60,232 nt of DNA. Origin: a virus. Its lineage: Duplodnaviria > Caudoviricetes. The notes under the pieces are model-generated. The model was not told the origin of the DNA, searched no databases, and saw only the letters and a list, made by a program, of their open reading frames with translations. Shown here piece by piece: positions 1-9,223 of the stretch (its first letter is position 1; every line of letters starts with the position of its first letter). Location of the stretch: positions 1 to 60,232 of IMG/VR virus record IMGVR_UViG_3300013119_000728; one strand, 5' to 3'. A program made the position numbers and the translations under genes.

Positions 1-96
1 GGTTGGTGCAACTAAGCTTGTTAACGAAGAAGCCAAGATTGAACAACCCTCAGAGATGAGCTTTCACGGGATGATGGACGCAATGGGAATTACAGG

Positions 97-300
97 ATGA
101 TCAACTACAGCTTCAAACCGGGTGATCTCGTATTCTATTATGCTGTAGCAACTCTCGACCCGAGAAATAACAAGCCAACATTCCTAATAAGCGAATGGGA
201 AAACGGGTTCGTTGGCTTGATCGACGGGAAGAGGCACTACATAAATAAAAATTGCCTATGGCGAAGTCAATACATCAATAACAAGATTGTGTATAATTGA
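97..300 (+). CDS. small SH3/KOW-like hypothetical protein
   Basis: FKPGDLV start and short beta-rich body. Confidence 0.5.
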   Translation: MINYSFKPGDLVFYYAVATLDPRNNKPTFLISEWENGFVGLIDGKRHYINKNCLWRSQYINNKIVYN

Positions 301-333
301 AACTGTGATATATAATATCTACAGAGGATACAG

Positions 334-582
334 ATGAAGCAAACATTCTTTTTAGACGTTCGAACCCAAGAAGAACATGCCCGAAGCAATATTCCGGGAG
401 ACCTCAACATCAGTTCAATCGAAATCCAGAACCACCTGACTGACCTACCGATGGACAAGACAATCTTGATCTACTGCCGATCCGGAAAACGTGCTGAATA
501 TACAAAGCATATTTTGTTAGCAAAGGGGTTTCAAGCTGAGAACGTTGGAACTGTAGAGGCTGCAAGGAAGTTGCATGACTAA
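334..582 (+). CDS. rhodanese-like (PspE-type) single-domain protein
   Basis: LDVRTxEE...IPG and active-site loop IYCRSGKRA. Confidence 0.85.
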   Translation: MKQTFFLDVRTQEEHARSNIPGDLNISSIEIQNHLTDLPMDKTILIYCRSGKRAEYTKHILLAKGFQAENVGTVEAARKLHD

Positions 583-1321
583 GCTCCTCCTCTTGTCTGA
601 TCTTCACTTCGAATTCCACCGTGACATGCCAGAGTTTGTCGAAGGCCTCGATAACGATGTGGATGTGCTGGTGTTGGCAGGTGATATCACTGTGAATGAC
701 CAGATCGAGGACACTCTGGGCTTGTTCTGTGGCCGGTTCGAAAACGTGGTATTTGTACCAGGCAACCACGAATATTATCACTCAAGCCCACAAGCAATCA
801 GTGATATCAGAGATCGATGCCTCAAACGCCATGCCAATCTTGACTGGCTCAATAATAACGTTGCAGTAATCAATGGACAGCGTTTCCTCGGGAGCACAGG
901 TTGGTTCCGTGATCATCCGACAAACTTCCCTTACGAGCGCAACATGTCAGATTTTAACGTGATCAATGACTTCAAACCGTGGGTATACGAAGAGCAAGCA
1001 AGGTTTGAGCAGTTCCTCGAGGCAAACCTACAAGTTGATGATATCGTTGTGACCCACCACCTGCCGAGTGAGGTATGCATCGATGATTTTTTTAAAGGTT
1101 CGTTTTTGAACCGATTCTTCGCCTGTGACTATTCGAACTTGATTTATAGTCGAGGGCCAAAGCTCTGGATGTATGGTCACACCCATTTCGAACAAGATCA
1201 AACGATTAGTAACACAAGGCTGGTCTGCAATCCTCGGGGATATCCGCACGAAAGAAACGCATTTGATCCCAGCGATAACGGAAAACAAAGCACTTACACA
1301 GGTAAGCTAATTACTGTATAA
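575..1321 (+). CDS. calcineurin-like metallophosphoesterase
   Basis: SDLH, AGD, PGNHE, THH and GHTH motifs. Confidence 0.9.
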   Translation: MTKLLLLSDLHFEFHRDMPEFVEGLDNDVDVLVLAGDITVNDQIEDTLGLFCGRFENVVFVPGNHEYYHSSPQAISDIRDRCLKRHANLDWLNNNVAVINGQRFLGSTGWFRDHPTNFPYERNMSDFNVINDFKPWVYEEQARFEQFLEANLQVDDIVVTHHLPSEVCIDDFFKGSFLNRFFACDYSNLIYSRGPKLWMYGHTHFEQDQTISNTRLVCNPRGYPHERNAFDPSDNGKQSTYTGKLITV

Positions 1322-1339
1322 TATTACTGCAGCAACCAT

Positions 1340-1347
1340 ATATTTAT
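1340..1347 (+). promoter_or_regulatory. putative late promoter motif ATATTTAT
   Basis: Same octamer recurs shortly upstream of genes at 11290, 12998, 28639, 29358, 31449 and 40238. Confidence 0.55.
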
Positions 1348-1374
1348 TTGTAGACACACCCGGGAGGGGTAATA

Positions 1375-1725
1375 ATGGAAATCAAAGCAAACACACTTCG
1401 TCAGATCATTCGTGAAGAGCTATCAAAGCTAAATGAGCAACCAGCAGACGGAGCCAATGAGTTCTATTCTGCCAAGGTAGGATTGCTCACCCAACTTATG
1501 GACAATCTAGACGAAGCACATAGCGCACTTGATGCAGTTGCTGAGTTAGCACAGAGCCTCGCAGCACACGAGCAATCAGCCGCTGCAGAAGACGCTGAGT
1601 TTATGGAGCAAATGCTCAAGCTAGAAGATGACTCTGTAAATCATCGTGACAATTCACTTGACCCTGACCTAAGATATGTCAAGGGCGAGCTTGATGCAGT
1701 TCAGGCAATGTTTCACGGGGAATAA
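1375..1725 (+). CDS. acidic hypothetical protein with LRQIIREE leader (putative virion internal protein)
   Basis: N-terminus MEIKANTLRQIIREELSKLNE; GGAGG RBS. Confidence 0.7.
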   Translation: MEIKANTLRQIIREELSKLNEQPADGANEFYSAKVGLLTQLMDNLDEAHSALDAVAELAQSLAAHEQSAAAEDAEFMEQMLKLEDDSVNHRDNSLDPDLRYVKGELDAVQAMFHGE

Positions 1726-1731
1726 GAGAAA

Positions 1732-2349
1732 GTGAAAACAACACTCAGCAACCTTAGGCAGATCATTCGCGAGGAGCTCACACGAGTTCTGGCTGAAGCT
1801 GATAGTGACGGTGACGGTGAACTTAGCCCTGATGAACTCAGGGACTTGGCAGACAAGCTCGACAACGACACGGTTGATATCGTTGATGTAGAAACCGGCG
1901 AGGTGCTTTACATCGGCGCCGGCACTCAAAGAGGTATACCTGCTGCCAAAGCCGATGAGTTTATCGAAAAGCTTAGGCTGTCCGTCATCGTCGACGACAA
2001 AGACGGAACTGAACGAAGCATCGAGCTGAGCAAGGCCGATTTTGAAAAGCTTGAGGCGCACATCGATGATGTCTATGACAGACCCGAAAGAGAAAAGGCC
2101 GCTGCTGCCCGCAAAGCAGAGGAAGAACGGCTGGATCCCAGAAGGCTCAAAGACGAACTCAGTCGAAGAGCAAAGATCGCCGGCGAAGAATACATGGCGG
2201 ACAATCCAGATGCAAGCCTTGAGGATGTAGCTTTAGATCTGGCTGCCTCGGTTCTATACTCATTTGAACAGGATGAGCAAGAAGAGCTTCGATACGCCTT
2301 TGACGACGACGAATATCAGCTTAACTTGTACGCAGCAGAAAGCATGTAG
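1732..2349 (+). CDS. acidic protein with LRQIIREE leader and EF-hand-like loop
   Basis: MKTTLSNLRQIIREELTRVLAE followed by DSDGDGELSPDE. Confidence 0.7.
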   Translation: MKTTLSNLRQIIREELTRVLAEADSDGDGELSPDELRDLADKLDNDTVDIVDVETGEVLYIGAGTQRGIPAAKADEFIEKLRLSVIVDDKDGTERSIELSKADFEKLEAHIDDVYDRPEREKAAAARKAEEERLDPRRLKDELSRRAKIAGEEYMADNPDASLEDVALDLAASVLYSFEQDEQEELRYAFDDDEYQLNLYAAESM

Positions 2350-2357
2350 AAAATAAC

Positions 2358-2822
2358 ATGAAGATCACAAAAAGCAGACTACAACAGATCATTCAGGAAG
2401 AGCTCAAGAGAGTTTTGACTGAGAGCAGCGACTGGCACAGTGATGAACATGAAACGCTGGCTGATCGTAAATTTGCTGACAGAGATTGGGCACCACCCGA
2501 GGCTGATCTACCCGAAGATATCAAAGATGCCATAAGAAATTCAGCGGCAAATCTTATTCATGATCCTATTCATTCCAGATCAACGCCGGCTGACATAGCT
2601 GTCCAAGCCCTGCTCCATGTCAGGATCCCGCCTGATATGGGTGAGGAAGCCCTAGCTTTCGCTAATGATTTCATTCAAGATAGCTTCGAAGATGAGCCCG
2701 AAGAAGAGATGCACCCAGACGAGATTGCTGCACAAGAATTCGACCGCAAGGCATTCGGCAAGAATTCAGGTAGTGATAAGAAAATTCGATTCACAGCAAA
2801 AGACGTATTCCTCGACAAATAA
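2358..2822 (+). CDS. acidic hypothetical protein with LQQIIQEE leader
   Basis: MKITKSRLQQIIQEELKRVLTE. Confidence 0.7.
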   Translation: MKITKSRLQQIIQEELKRVLTESSDWHSDEHETLADRKFADRDWAPPEADLPEDIKDAIRNSAANLIHDPIHSRSTPADIAVQALLHVRIPPDMGEEALAFANDFIQDSFEDEPEEEMHPDEIAAQEFDRKAFGKNSGSDKKIRFTAKDVFLDK

Positions 2823-2826
2823 TCAG

Positions 2827-2855
2827 GTGTAAACCCCTCGAACCCGCAGTATAAT
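2827..2855 (+). promoter_or_regulatory. early-type promoter GTGTAAA-N16-TATAAT
   Basis: Matches a motif repeated more than 25 times in intergenic positions. Confidence 0.7.
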
Positions 2856-2884
2856 ATTTAAGATACAAAGCTAGGGGATCATCG

Positions 2885-3415
2885 ATGTCTGATAAATATG
2901 AGTTTGAATACACCGAAGATGGTGATACAGTAATCAGATCTGAAGAAGATCTGGACGAGCTCTTTAGGCAAATGCGTGATCAGCCGTGGTATGTGCATCT
3001 GTGGTCGGCGATCCTTCGCAATACAGACGAATATCTTTCTCCCGAAATGATCTACAAGCGATTTGTTAAATGGCCATACCAGCGCCTGACACGCGGCTTC
3101 GATGACCGTGAACTATGGAGTTTGTACAATACTATATCTGAGTTTGTTCTCCCGAGGCTCAAGGCGTATAAGAAGACTACACACTTCTATGGATATCCGG
3201 CCGAACTCGAAGATGGTAATACAAAAAACCCAGACGAAGTGTGGGACAACATGCTGGATGAAATGATCTGGGCTCATGAGTTCGTCGCAGCTAACAACGG
3301 AATGGATATGCCTGATTACCCGTGGGACGATAAAGAACGCCGCGATTCATGGGAAAATCGATACGAGGCAGGCATGGCGCTATACACGAAATATTACAGA
3401 GGGATCTGGCAATAG
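2885..3415 (+). CDS. phage hypothetical protein
   Basis: 176-aa ORF after promoter; W/Y-rich, PRLKAYK...GYP and LDEMIWA motifs. Confidence 0.65.
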   Translation: MSDKYEFEYTEDGDTVIRSEEDLDELFRQMRDQPWYVHLWSAILRNTDEYLSPEMIYKRFVKWPYQRLTRGFDDRELWSLYNTISEFVLPRLKAYKKTTHFYGYPAELEDGNTKNPDEVWDNMLDEMIWAHEFVAANNGMDMPDYPWDDKERRDSWENRYEAGMALYTKYYRGIWQ

Positions 3416-3416
3416 C

Positions 3417-3602
3417 ATGTTCGAACTGGGAGAGCTTGTAAGGGTAAAAGCAGATCCCTTGGGCATGCTTATGAACAGCAAGCTTATCGGCAAGACAGGA
3501 TTGATTGTCAAAAATCAATTTAGTATCTATACGATCCTGATTGACGGAAAGAAGATTGATATGCTAGATATCATGATCGAAAGCATGGTCAAAGAATCAT
3601 GA
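3417..3602 (+). CDS. small SH3/KOW-like protein
   Basis: MFELGELVRVK...GKTGLIV; start moved to ATG 3417. Confidence 0.5.
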   Translation: MFELGELVRVKADPLGMLMNSKLIGKTGLIVKNQFSIYTILIDGKKIDMLDIMIESMVKES

Positions 3603-3865
3603 AAGAAATCCTCATCGCCGGCGACATGGTGTCAGTCTATGACGGCAGAAAGAACCCTGTATGGATTGATAACGGCGTCTGGCTTGGAATGACAAAGAAG
3701 AATGTTCCGAGAGTTATGGGCACGTTCAACAATCAAAGTGATCATCAGACTGAAAAAGTAGATGCACATGATGTACTTGTCAAAGGGAAAAGGGTATTAT
3801 ATGAAGCCAGACGTTGGTACATAAAGAAAGGATGGCCCACACATGACAAAGAAGAGAGACAATGA
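3599..3865 (+). CDS. small SH3-like hypothetical protein
   Basis: LIAGDMVSV; ATGA overlap with the upstream gene. Confidence 0.5.
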   Translation: MKEILIAGDMVSVYDGRKNPVWIDNGVWLGMTKKNVPRVMGTFNNQSDHQTEKVDAHDVLVKGKRVLYEARRWYIKKGWPTHDKEERQ

Positions 3866-4052
3866 AATCAGAGCATACTTGAATATACTTGAAGCAGCAT
3901 GGAGAATCCATCCAGAGCTTCGATTGGGACAACTAATTACCAGCGCATCAGGAGAAATTGATTCATTCTATATTGAAGATGATGTTTTGATGCAAGGACT
4001 AGAAGAATTGTAAACGATACTGCTGTGTGATAGAATATTATATGGAGGTTTA

Positions 4053-4943
4053 ATGACCAAGATTCTGACAAAAGATATGCAATGGCTATATGATCAGGTG
4101 CCCGACGCCGAGGGTGTTCTTGCTCAATTCCAGCCATTTTTTGACCACGGCGCATTTTTAGCAGGAGGCTTTCTTCGTACTGCAATTACAGAGGGGTCTG
4201 CAGTCAAGGCGTTCGATCGGACCCACAGGCCAGGTGACATGGACTTCTTCTTCAGATCACCAGAGCACGCTGAACGCTTTACAAAGAAAATCCGGGATGA
4301 TCGTGTCAATCTTGGGCGAGTTTCACTTCATCCCTATCATACAAAGCAATGGGCTTCCGGGCCGAACTCAATGATGAAGTATGCTTACGATGCTTCATTT
4401 ACCCTTGCCGATCACTCCGGGATGATGCAATTGATCCACAAGTTCGGCGGAACCCCAAGCCAAATCCTCCAGAGCTTTGATATCGCCAACTGCAAGATCG
4501 CCACTGACGGCAAACAGATCTATATCCGCGAAGGCTGGGAGAAGCTAGAAGAAGATAAGCTGATCCACATCGACGACTACCAGGATCTTGTTCCGTGGCG
4601 AGTTATCAAGTACATAAACAAAGGTGCAACGAAAGACAAGCCTTCACCCTACAGTCTCTCAGACGACTCAAAGGTTGGGATCCTCGAGCACGTCATGTCT
4701 AAGATGTCATCAGGTCAGTGGGGCAAGCTAATCAATCCTTTGCAAAGGGTCAAGGCACTCCTTACACACTCAAAGCAGTTAATCAAGACCGAGGACGTCC
4801 TGTTCTTCATGAACAAGCTGGGAACCGTCATGATAAGCGAGGCAGGTCCCGGATCTGACCCGTATGACGTGATTGAGAGAAGGATGAAGACAAAGGACTT
4901 TGCTATTCACACTTATGAGCAACGAAAGAAGAAAGAGAAATGA
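4053..4943 (+). CDS. nucleotidyltransferase-fold protein (polyA polymerase/CCA head-like)
   Basis: FLAGGFLR...GDMDFFF and FDIANCKIA motifs; promoter at 4008-4036. Confidence 0.65.
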   Translation: MTKILTKDMQWLYDQVPDAEGVLAQFQPFFDHGAFLAGGFLRTAITEGSAVKAFDRTHRPGDMDFFFRSPEHAERFTKKIRDDRVNLGRVSLHPYHTKQWASGPNSMMKYAYDASFTLADHSGMMQLIHKFGGTPSQILQSFDIANCKIATDGKQIYIREGWEKLEEDKLIHIDDYQDLVPWRVIKYINKGATKDKPSPYSLSDDSKVGILEHVMSKMSSGQWGKLINPLQRVKALLTHSKQLIKTEDVLFFMNKLGTVMISEAGPGSDPYDVIERRMKTKDFAIHTYEQRKKKEK

Positions 4944-5167
4944 AGCTGTTCAGCGCTGGAACATTGGTCTGGTATTCATCTCTATTCTGGCTCGGCGATG
5001 AGTTGCCTCAAAAAGCCGTGATAACTAAATCCGAGTCAGCCGATCACATAGAGATTCTTGTAAATGAAAAGATTGTCGTATGCATTCAAGACGAGCTAGC
5101 ACCCGTCAATGACAAGAACATAGATGATCACAACTGGATTCATGAGTGGGGCCAACCTGAAGCATGA
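4940..5167 (+). CDS. small SH3-like hypothetical protein
   Basis: FSAGTLVW; translationally coupled. Confidence 0.45.
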   Translation: MKLFSAGTLVWYSSLFWLGDELPQKAVITKSESADHIEILVNEKIVVCIQDELAPVNDKNIDDHNWIHEWGQPEA

Positions 5168-5439
5168 AGAAGGTGTATGTAAAAGATCTGTCAAGAGGTG
5201 AGTGCTATAAATATGTTCCGTATAGCTGGCCCAACAGTCTAGCCAATCTGGTCGAACCGGGCGTTGTCCAGTACGTTGGATCGTATAAGCACGCATACAA
5301 AGACGGAAGCAAGTGGAAGAAGCATAGATTTTTATGGATAAAAAAGCCTGAAAAGTTGCAGCATGGTTACAGCTACGAAGGAAAAGCAACCATCGAACTT
5401 TACGGTGACAATATTCGCGGATGTCTGAGATTCATGTGA
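5164..5439 (+). CDS. hypothetical protein
   Basis: Coupled ORF within the operon. Confidence 0.5.
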   Translation: MKKVYVKDLSRGECYKYVPYSWPNSLANLVEPGVVQYVGSYKHAYKDGSKWKKHRFLWIKKPEKLQHGYSYEGKATIELYGDNIRGCLRFM

Positions 5440-5609
5440 TCAAAAAGGGTGACCTAATCAGAGTCCGCACAGAAATCAGTTCATTCCCTGACGACAAAGG
5501 TATCGTCCTCGCAGTAGACGAAGATGATGCCGGGACACTGCGATACAAAGTTCTTCTTAAGAATGAAATGTGGTGGGTGCATCAAGATGAAATAGAAGCT
5601 ATAGCCTAA
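5436..5609 (+). CDS. small SH3/KOW-like protein
   Basis: IKKGDLIRV...GIVL...YKVLL; GTG start assumed. Confidence 0.5.
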   Translation: MIKKGDLIRVRTEISSFPDDKGIVLAVDEDDAGTLRYKVLLKNEMWWVHQDEIEAIA

Positions 5610-5818
5610 TGATTGCTGTGAATCCAAAAGTAGCTTTTAAAGAAGGTATGATGATCAAGATCGTCGGAAGCATATTCAAAAACTCTGTAGGCCTTGTTCT
5701 CGAAACACCAAAGTCATTTGATACATTTCTCTGGGTATTCGTTGACAATGAGCCTCAATGGATTCATATTAATGATTGCGAAGCAGCCGAGGAAGACAAT
5801 GGTAAAGCCTACATATGA
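5609..5818 (+). CDS. small KOW-like protein
   Basis: FKEGMMIKIVGSIFKNSVGLV. Confidence 0.5.
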   Translation: MIAVNPKVAFKEGMMIKIVGSIFKNSVGLVLETPKSFDTFLWVFVDNEPQWIHINDCEAAEEDNGKAYI

Positions 5819-6071
5819 TCATCACTCGTGGATAAAAGAAGCTATGCCCGAGTATGATCCTGACAGAGAGTTGAACTTGAAGCCCGGAGATCTGGTGATA
5901 GGAACTGGAACGTCATACCGTATGACAAAAAACCTCAAGGGGTTCATAATTAGAAAGACGCAAGCAAGACGTCCGCACAGAACTGATGTATATCTCGTCA
6001 GGTTCCAGAACGAAGAACCGAAAGAAGTAGATGAGCGATGGCTTCAAAGGATAGAAAATGAAGAAGGGTGA
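5799..6071 (+). CDS. small SH3-like protein
   Basis: LKPGDLVIG...YLVRF; start moved to ATG 5799. Confidence 0.45.
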   Translation: MVKPTYDHHSWIKEAMPEYDPDRELNLKPGDLVIGTGTSYRMTKNLKGFIIRKTQARRPHRTDVYLVRFQNEEPKEVDERWLQRIENEEG

Positions 6072-6255
6072 CATGGTCCGGTTCCGAACTGTAATCAATC
6101 ACCGCGCTGAGGAGCTGTCTGAGTGGAAATACGGTGTTGTCGTCAAGGAGTATGAATCCTGGGAGAAGATCGTTTCTATTCTCCACGCCGGCACAGTCGT
6201 AAGAATCAAGGCAGCTCATGTTCAAATCCACCAGCGTGGCCCGGAAAAAAGGTAG
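6058..6255 (+). CDS. small SH3-like protein
   Basis: MKKGDMVRF...GVVV. Confidence 0.5.
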   Translation: MKKGDMVRFRTVINHRAEELSEWKYGVVVKEYESWEKIVSILHAGTVVRIKAAHVQIHQRGPEKR

Positions 6256-6290
6256 CTCTGTCTAATATATATTATTATTAGGGGCAGATC

Positions 6291-6503
6291 ATGATTAAAA
6301 TAACTGCAAAACAACTCCGCGAGCTAATAAGAGAAGTTGCTAAACGTCGACCCGATGGTTGGTTGCCTTCAACTGCTAAGAACCTTCACTTAGACAAGAA
6401 GTTTAAGTCCGCCGGCGGATGGCCTGAAGGTGAGTATGACCCGCCTGTCAATGTCAGAATCAGCAACTATCTCAAGTCCCTCGGCCTTTTAGACGAAGAT
6501 TAA
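6291..6503 (+). CDS. small protein with LRELIRE leader
   Basis: MIKITAKQLRELIREV; AT-rich late-like motif upstream. Confidence 0.65.
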   Translation: MIKITAKQLRELIREVAKRRPDGWLPSTAKNLHLDKKFKSAGGWPEGEYDPPVNVRISNYLKSLGLLDED

Positions 6504-6735
6504 AAATATAGAGCTCTGCATAGTTATACTATACACGGAGGTAATATATGAAGAGTGATGATGTCACAAAGATACAAGAAGTACATGATAAAAGATTAAG
6601 TAGATTTGCAAAGATCAAAGGGGAGCTTACGCTGCTTATGATCTTGTGTCGCAAGTTAATCACATTTAAAATGCCGTGGCAATACTATTTTCTCGGTGCA
6701 ATGCTATGGGCTGACGGAATGTTGGCAGGCTGGTT

Positions 6736-7161
6736 ATGCTCAAACCCTTTTTAATAACGGGGGTAGGTATTCTACTGGCTGCTTGTATTTTTGCAGCGTC
6801 TAGACAACAAACACACCAGTTCAAGGCTGTAATTACCGGACATGATAATACATGGGTCAATAATTACGCACATGCTAGAATCTCTATGATCCCGGAAAAG
6901 GGTTGGTTCATTAAGCCCGAAGCACCAGTAAAGATATCCATCAAACACACTCAGAATATTGAGCTTAGCCAGACAGAACTTACGATCAAAGACGTGCGCT
7001 GGGGTAAAAAAGTAAAGTCAGCAAACTTTGACATACTAATCAAAGGTAAGAAGGTTGGCATAGCAGAGATTGATGCTGATCTCGTATTCTCTACATGCAA
7101 TAAAAGTGTCTGTATAGAAAATACCGGGCGCCTAACGAAGACCATAATAGTAAAGCCATGA
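6736..7161 (+). CDS. secreted beta-sandwich protein with C-terminal CxxxxC (DsbD-N-like)
   Basis: Signal-like N-terminus, GW..KPEAPVKI, FSTCNKSVC. Confidence 0.5.
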   Translation: MLKPFLITGVGILLAACIFAASRQQTHQFKAVITGHDNTWVNNYAHARISMIPEKGWFIKPEAPVKISIKHTQNIELSQTELTIKDVRWGKKVKSANFDILIKGKKVGIAEIDADLVFSTCNKSVCIENTGRLTKTIIVKP

Positions 7162-7382
7162 AATACAATCCCGGCGACATGGTTATAATAAAAGAATGTT
7201 CAGACTATACAGCAAGTTCAAAAAGCTGGACGTGGAAAGATAAGTCTGGAATTGTTATTAACTGCTTAGATCCACTTGTAATGGCAATTGCTGATGCAGG
7301 AACTGGCGGATACGACTACCAGATCTTCCTCGCCGGAGAACTTGTTTATTTCCACGAGGATGAATTAATCAGGGTAGGATAG
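7158..7382 (+). CDS. small SH3-like protein
   Basis: YNPGDMVIIK...FHEDEL. Confidence 0.5.
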   Translation: MKYNPGDMVIIKECSDYTASSKSWTWKDKSGIVINCLDPLVMAIADAGTGGYDYQIFLAGELVYFHEDELIRVG

Positions 7383-7388
7383 TATTAC

Positions 7389-8405
7389 GTGAAGAACTAT
7401 TACGATATCTTGGGTGTAAAGAAAGATGCTACTCAAGCACAAATCAAAAAGTCATATAGAAACCTGGCTAAGAGATATCACCCAGACACTTCAAAAGAGA
7501 CAAACGCAGAAGAGCTGTTCAAAGAAGTCGCTGAAGCATACACAGTCTTAGGCGATAAGGACAAAAGAAAATCATACGATAATCCTGCACCAAAAGGGTT
7601 CCCGCCTCCAGGTCCAGGCTTCGGTGATTTCTTTAGCCAGTTTACGGGCGGGTTTGAAGATTTATTCACAAGTCGCCGAGGCTACAAGCAGAACCCAAAG
7701 CCTACAAATCTTCGCTATCGACTTAATATCGATTTCTTCGCAGCAGCGATAGGAAAAGTAATCGATCTAAAGGTTGAGCGTATGGTGCCATGCAAGACAT
7801 GCGATGGGTCAGGAAGCACAGACAAGACTGTCAAGGCTGTATGCAAGAAGTGTCACGGGCAAGGTAACACTACTTTTTTGCAAGGCTTCTTCCAGATGAC
7901 ACGAACATGTGAGGAATGCAATGGTAAAGGCACAAATATAACGAATCCATGCAATTCATGTCTGGGCAAGGGCTTGAAAAACACACACGAGTCTATCAAG
8001 GTCAACATCCCAGCAGGAGTCGAAAATAACAACGTAATCAAAGTCAAGGGATACGGACATCAAAATGTAAAAGGCTCACCTCCTGGCGATCTTTTTCTAG
8101 AAGTAAGAGTAGGTGAGCATGGTAACTTCAAGCGGGTGGGAAACGATATTCATACCAGCGTTGTTATTTCTATACCTGAATCAATATTGGGTTGCCGAAG
8201 AGAGATTGAAACGGTCGCCGGCCCGGCCAAGCGATTAGTAATTCCTGACTGCACCAAGCCCGGAGACACGATTCGTCTCAAAGGTGAAGGTGTCAACGGC
8301 GGCGATCACGTTGTCACAATAAGGGTAACATTTCCCAGAACCCTTAGCAAAGAATTAGAAGACGCTTACGAGCAAGTTTATGAAGTTACTCACCCGAAAG
8401 GATAA
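7389..8405 (+). CDS. dnaJ: molecular chaperone DnaJ
   Basis: J domain with HPD, G/F-rich linker, four CxxCxGxG zinc-finger repeats, C-terminal domain. Confidence 0.95.
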   Translation: MKNYYDILGVKKDATQAQIKKSYRNLAKRYHPDTSKETNAEELFKEVAEAYTVLGDKDKRKSYDNPAPKGFPPPGPGFGDFFSQFTGGFEDLFTSRRGYKQNPKPTNLRYRLNIDFFAAAIGKVIDLKVERMVPCKTCDGSGSTDKTVKAVCKKCHGQGNTTFLQGFFQMTRTCEECNGKGTNITNPCNSCLGKGLKNTHESIKVNIPAGVENNNVIKVKGYGHQNVKGSPPGDLFLEVRVGEHGNFKRVGNDIHTSVVISIPESILGCRREIETVAGPAKRLVIPDCTKPGDTIRLKGEGVNGGDHVVTIRVTFPRTLSKELEDAYEQVYEVTHPKG

Positions 8406-8413
8406 TTATTAAT

Positions 8414-9223
8414 ATGTTAACATTCGTCGGTATTATTACATTCGTCGTATTTGTTCATGAATTTGGACATTACCTTGCTGCAAAGTCAGTAGGGATCCCA
8501 GTCAAGACATTCTCCCTCGGCTTCGGCCCCAAACTCCTCAGCTTCAATGCACGAGGAACTGAGTGGAGATTATCGCTTATACCTCTCGGCGGATACGTTC
8601 GCCTGGAAGGTGACGATGATTATGAGAACCTTGCAGAGGATCCTAATTCATTCTGGGGATGTAAACCTTGGAAGCGGATTCTAATTGCAGTGGCGGGTCC
8701 CGTGGTAAACCTAGCACTACCTCTGGCACTATTCTTTGGCTATTACTATGGTCAAAAGGTTGAAGTTGAGCATCAAACCCCGGCCGGAGTCATGGTAAAA
8801 GTTCACGAGGTAGATGCAAAGGTTGCAGCTCAAGCGTCCTATAGGATGACGAAAGACATGTATGCATCAATCGGTCGCGCAGTTAGTCACCTCAAGCAAA
8901 GCGGGGTCAAGAAAGAAGATCTCGGCGGGCCAGTAGCAATATATAATGAGACGCAAAGAGCTGTAAGGAAATCTGAGGAGACTAAAGACTGGGGATTCCT
9001 AATTCAGTGGATCGCTTTCTTCTCAATCAATCTGGGCGCCATGAATCTACTACCTATACCACTATTGGACGGCGGGCATATTATGCTGTCTACCTATGAA
9101 TGGATCACTCGCAAGCGCATATCAATGTCAGTCCGAGGCAAGCTTCATTTCGTAGGATTGTTATTTGTCTGTGCACTAATGGGCTTGGCAATCTATACCG
9201 ATGTAGCTAGACTAATTGGCTAA
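8414..9223 (+). CDS. rseP: site-2 intramembrane metalloprotease (M50, RseP-like), apparently without PDZ domains
   Basis: HEFGH, FSLGFGP, IPLGGYV, AGPVVN and NLLPIPLLDGGH motifs. Confidence 0.9.
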   Translation: MLTFVGIITFVVFVHEFGHYLAAKSVGIPVKTFSLGFGPKLLSFNARGTEWRLSLIPLGGYVRLEGDDDYENLAEDPNSFWGCKPWKRILIAVAGPVVNLALPLALFFGYYYGQKVEVEHQTPAGVMVKVHEVDAKVAAQASYRMTKDMYASIGRAVSHLKQSGVKKEDLGGPVAIYNETQRAVRKSEETKDWGFLIQWIAFFSINLGAMNLLPIPLLDGGHIMLSTYEWITRKRISMSVRGKLHFVGLLFVCALMGLAIYTDVARLIG

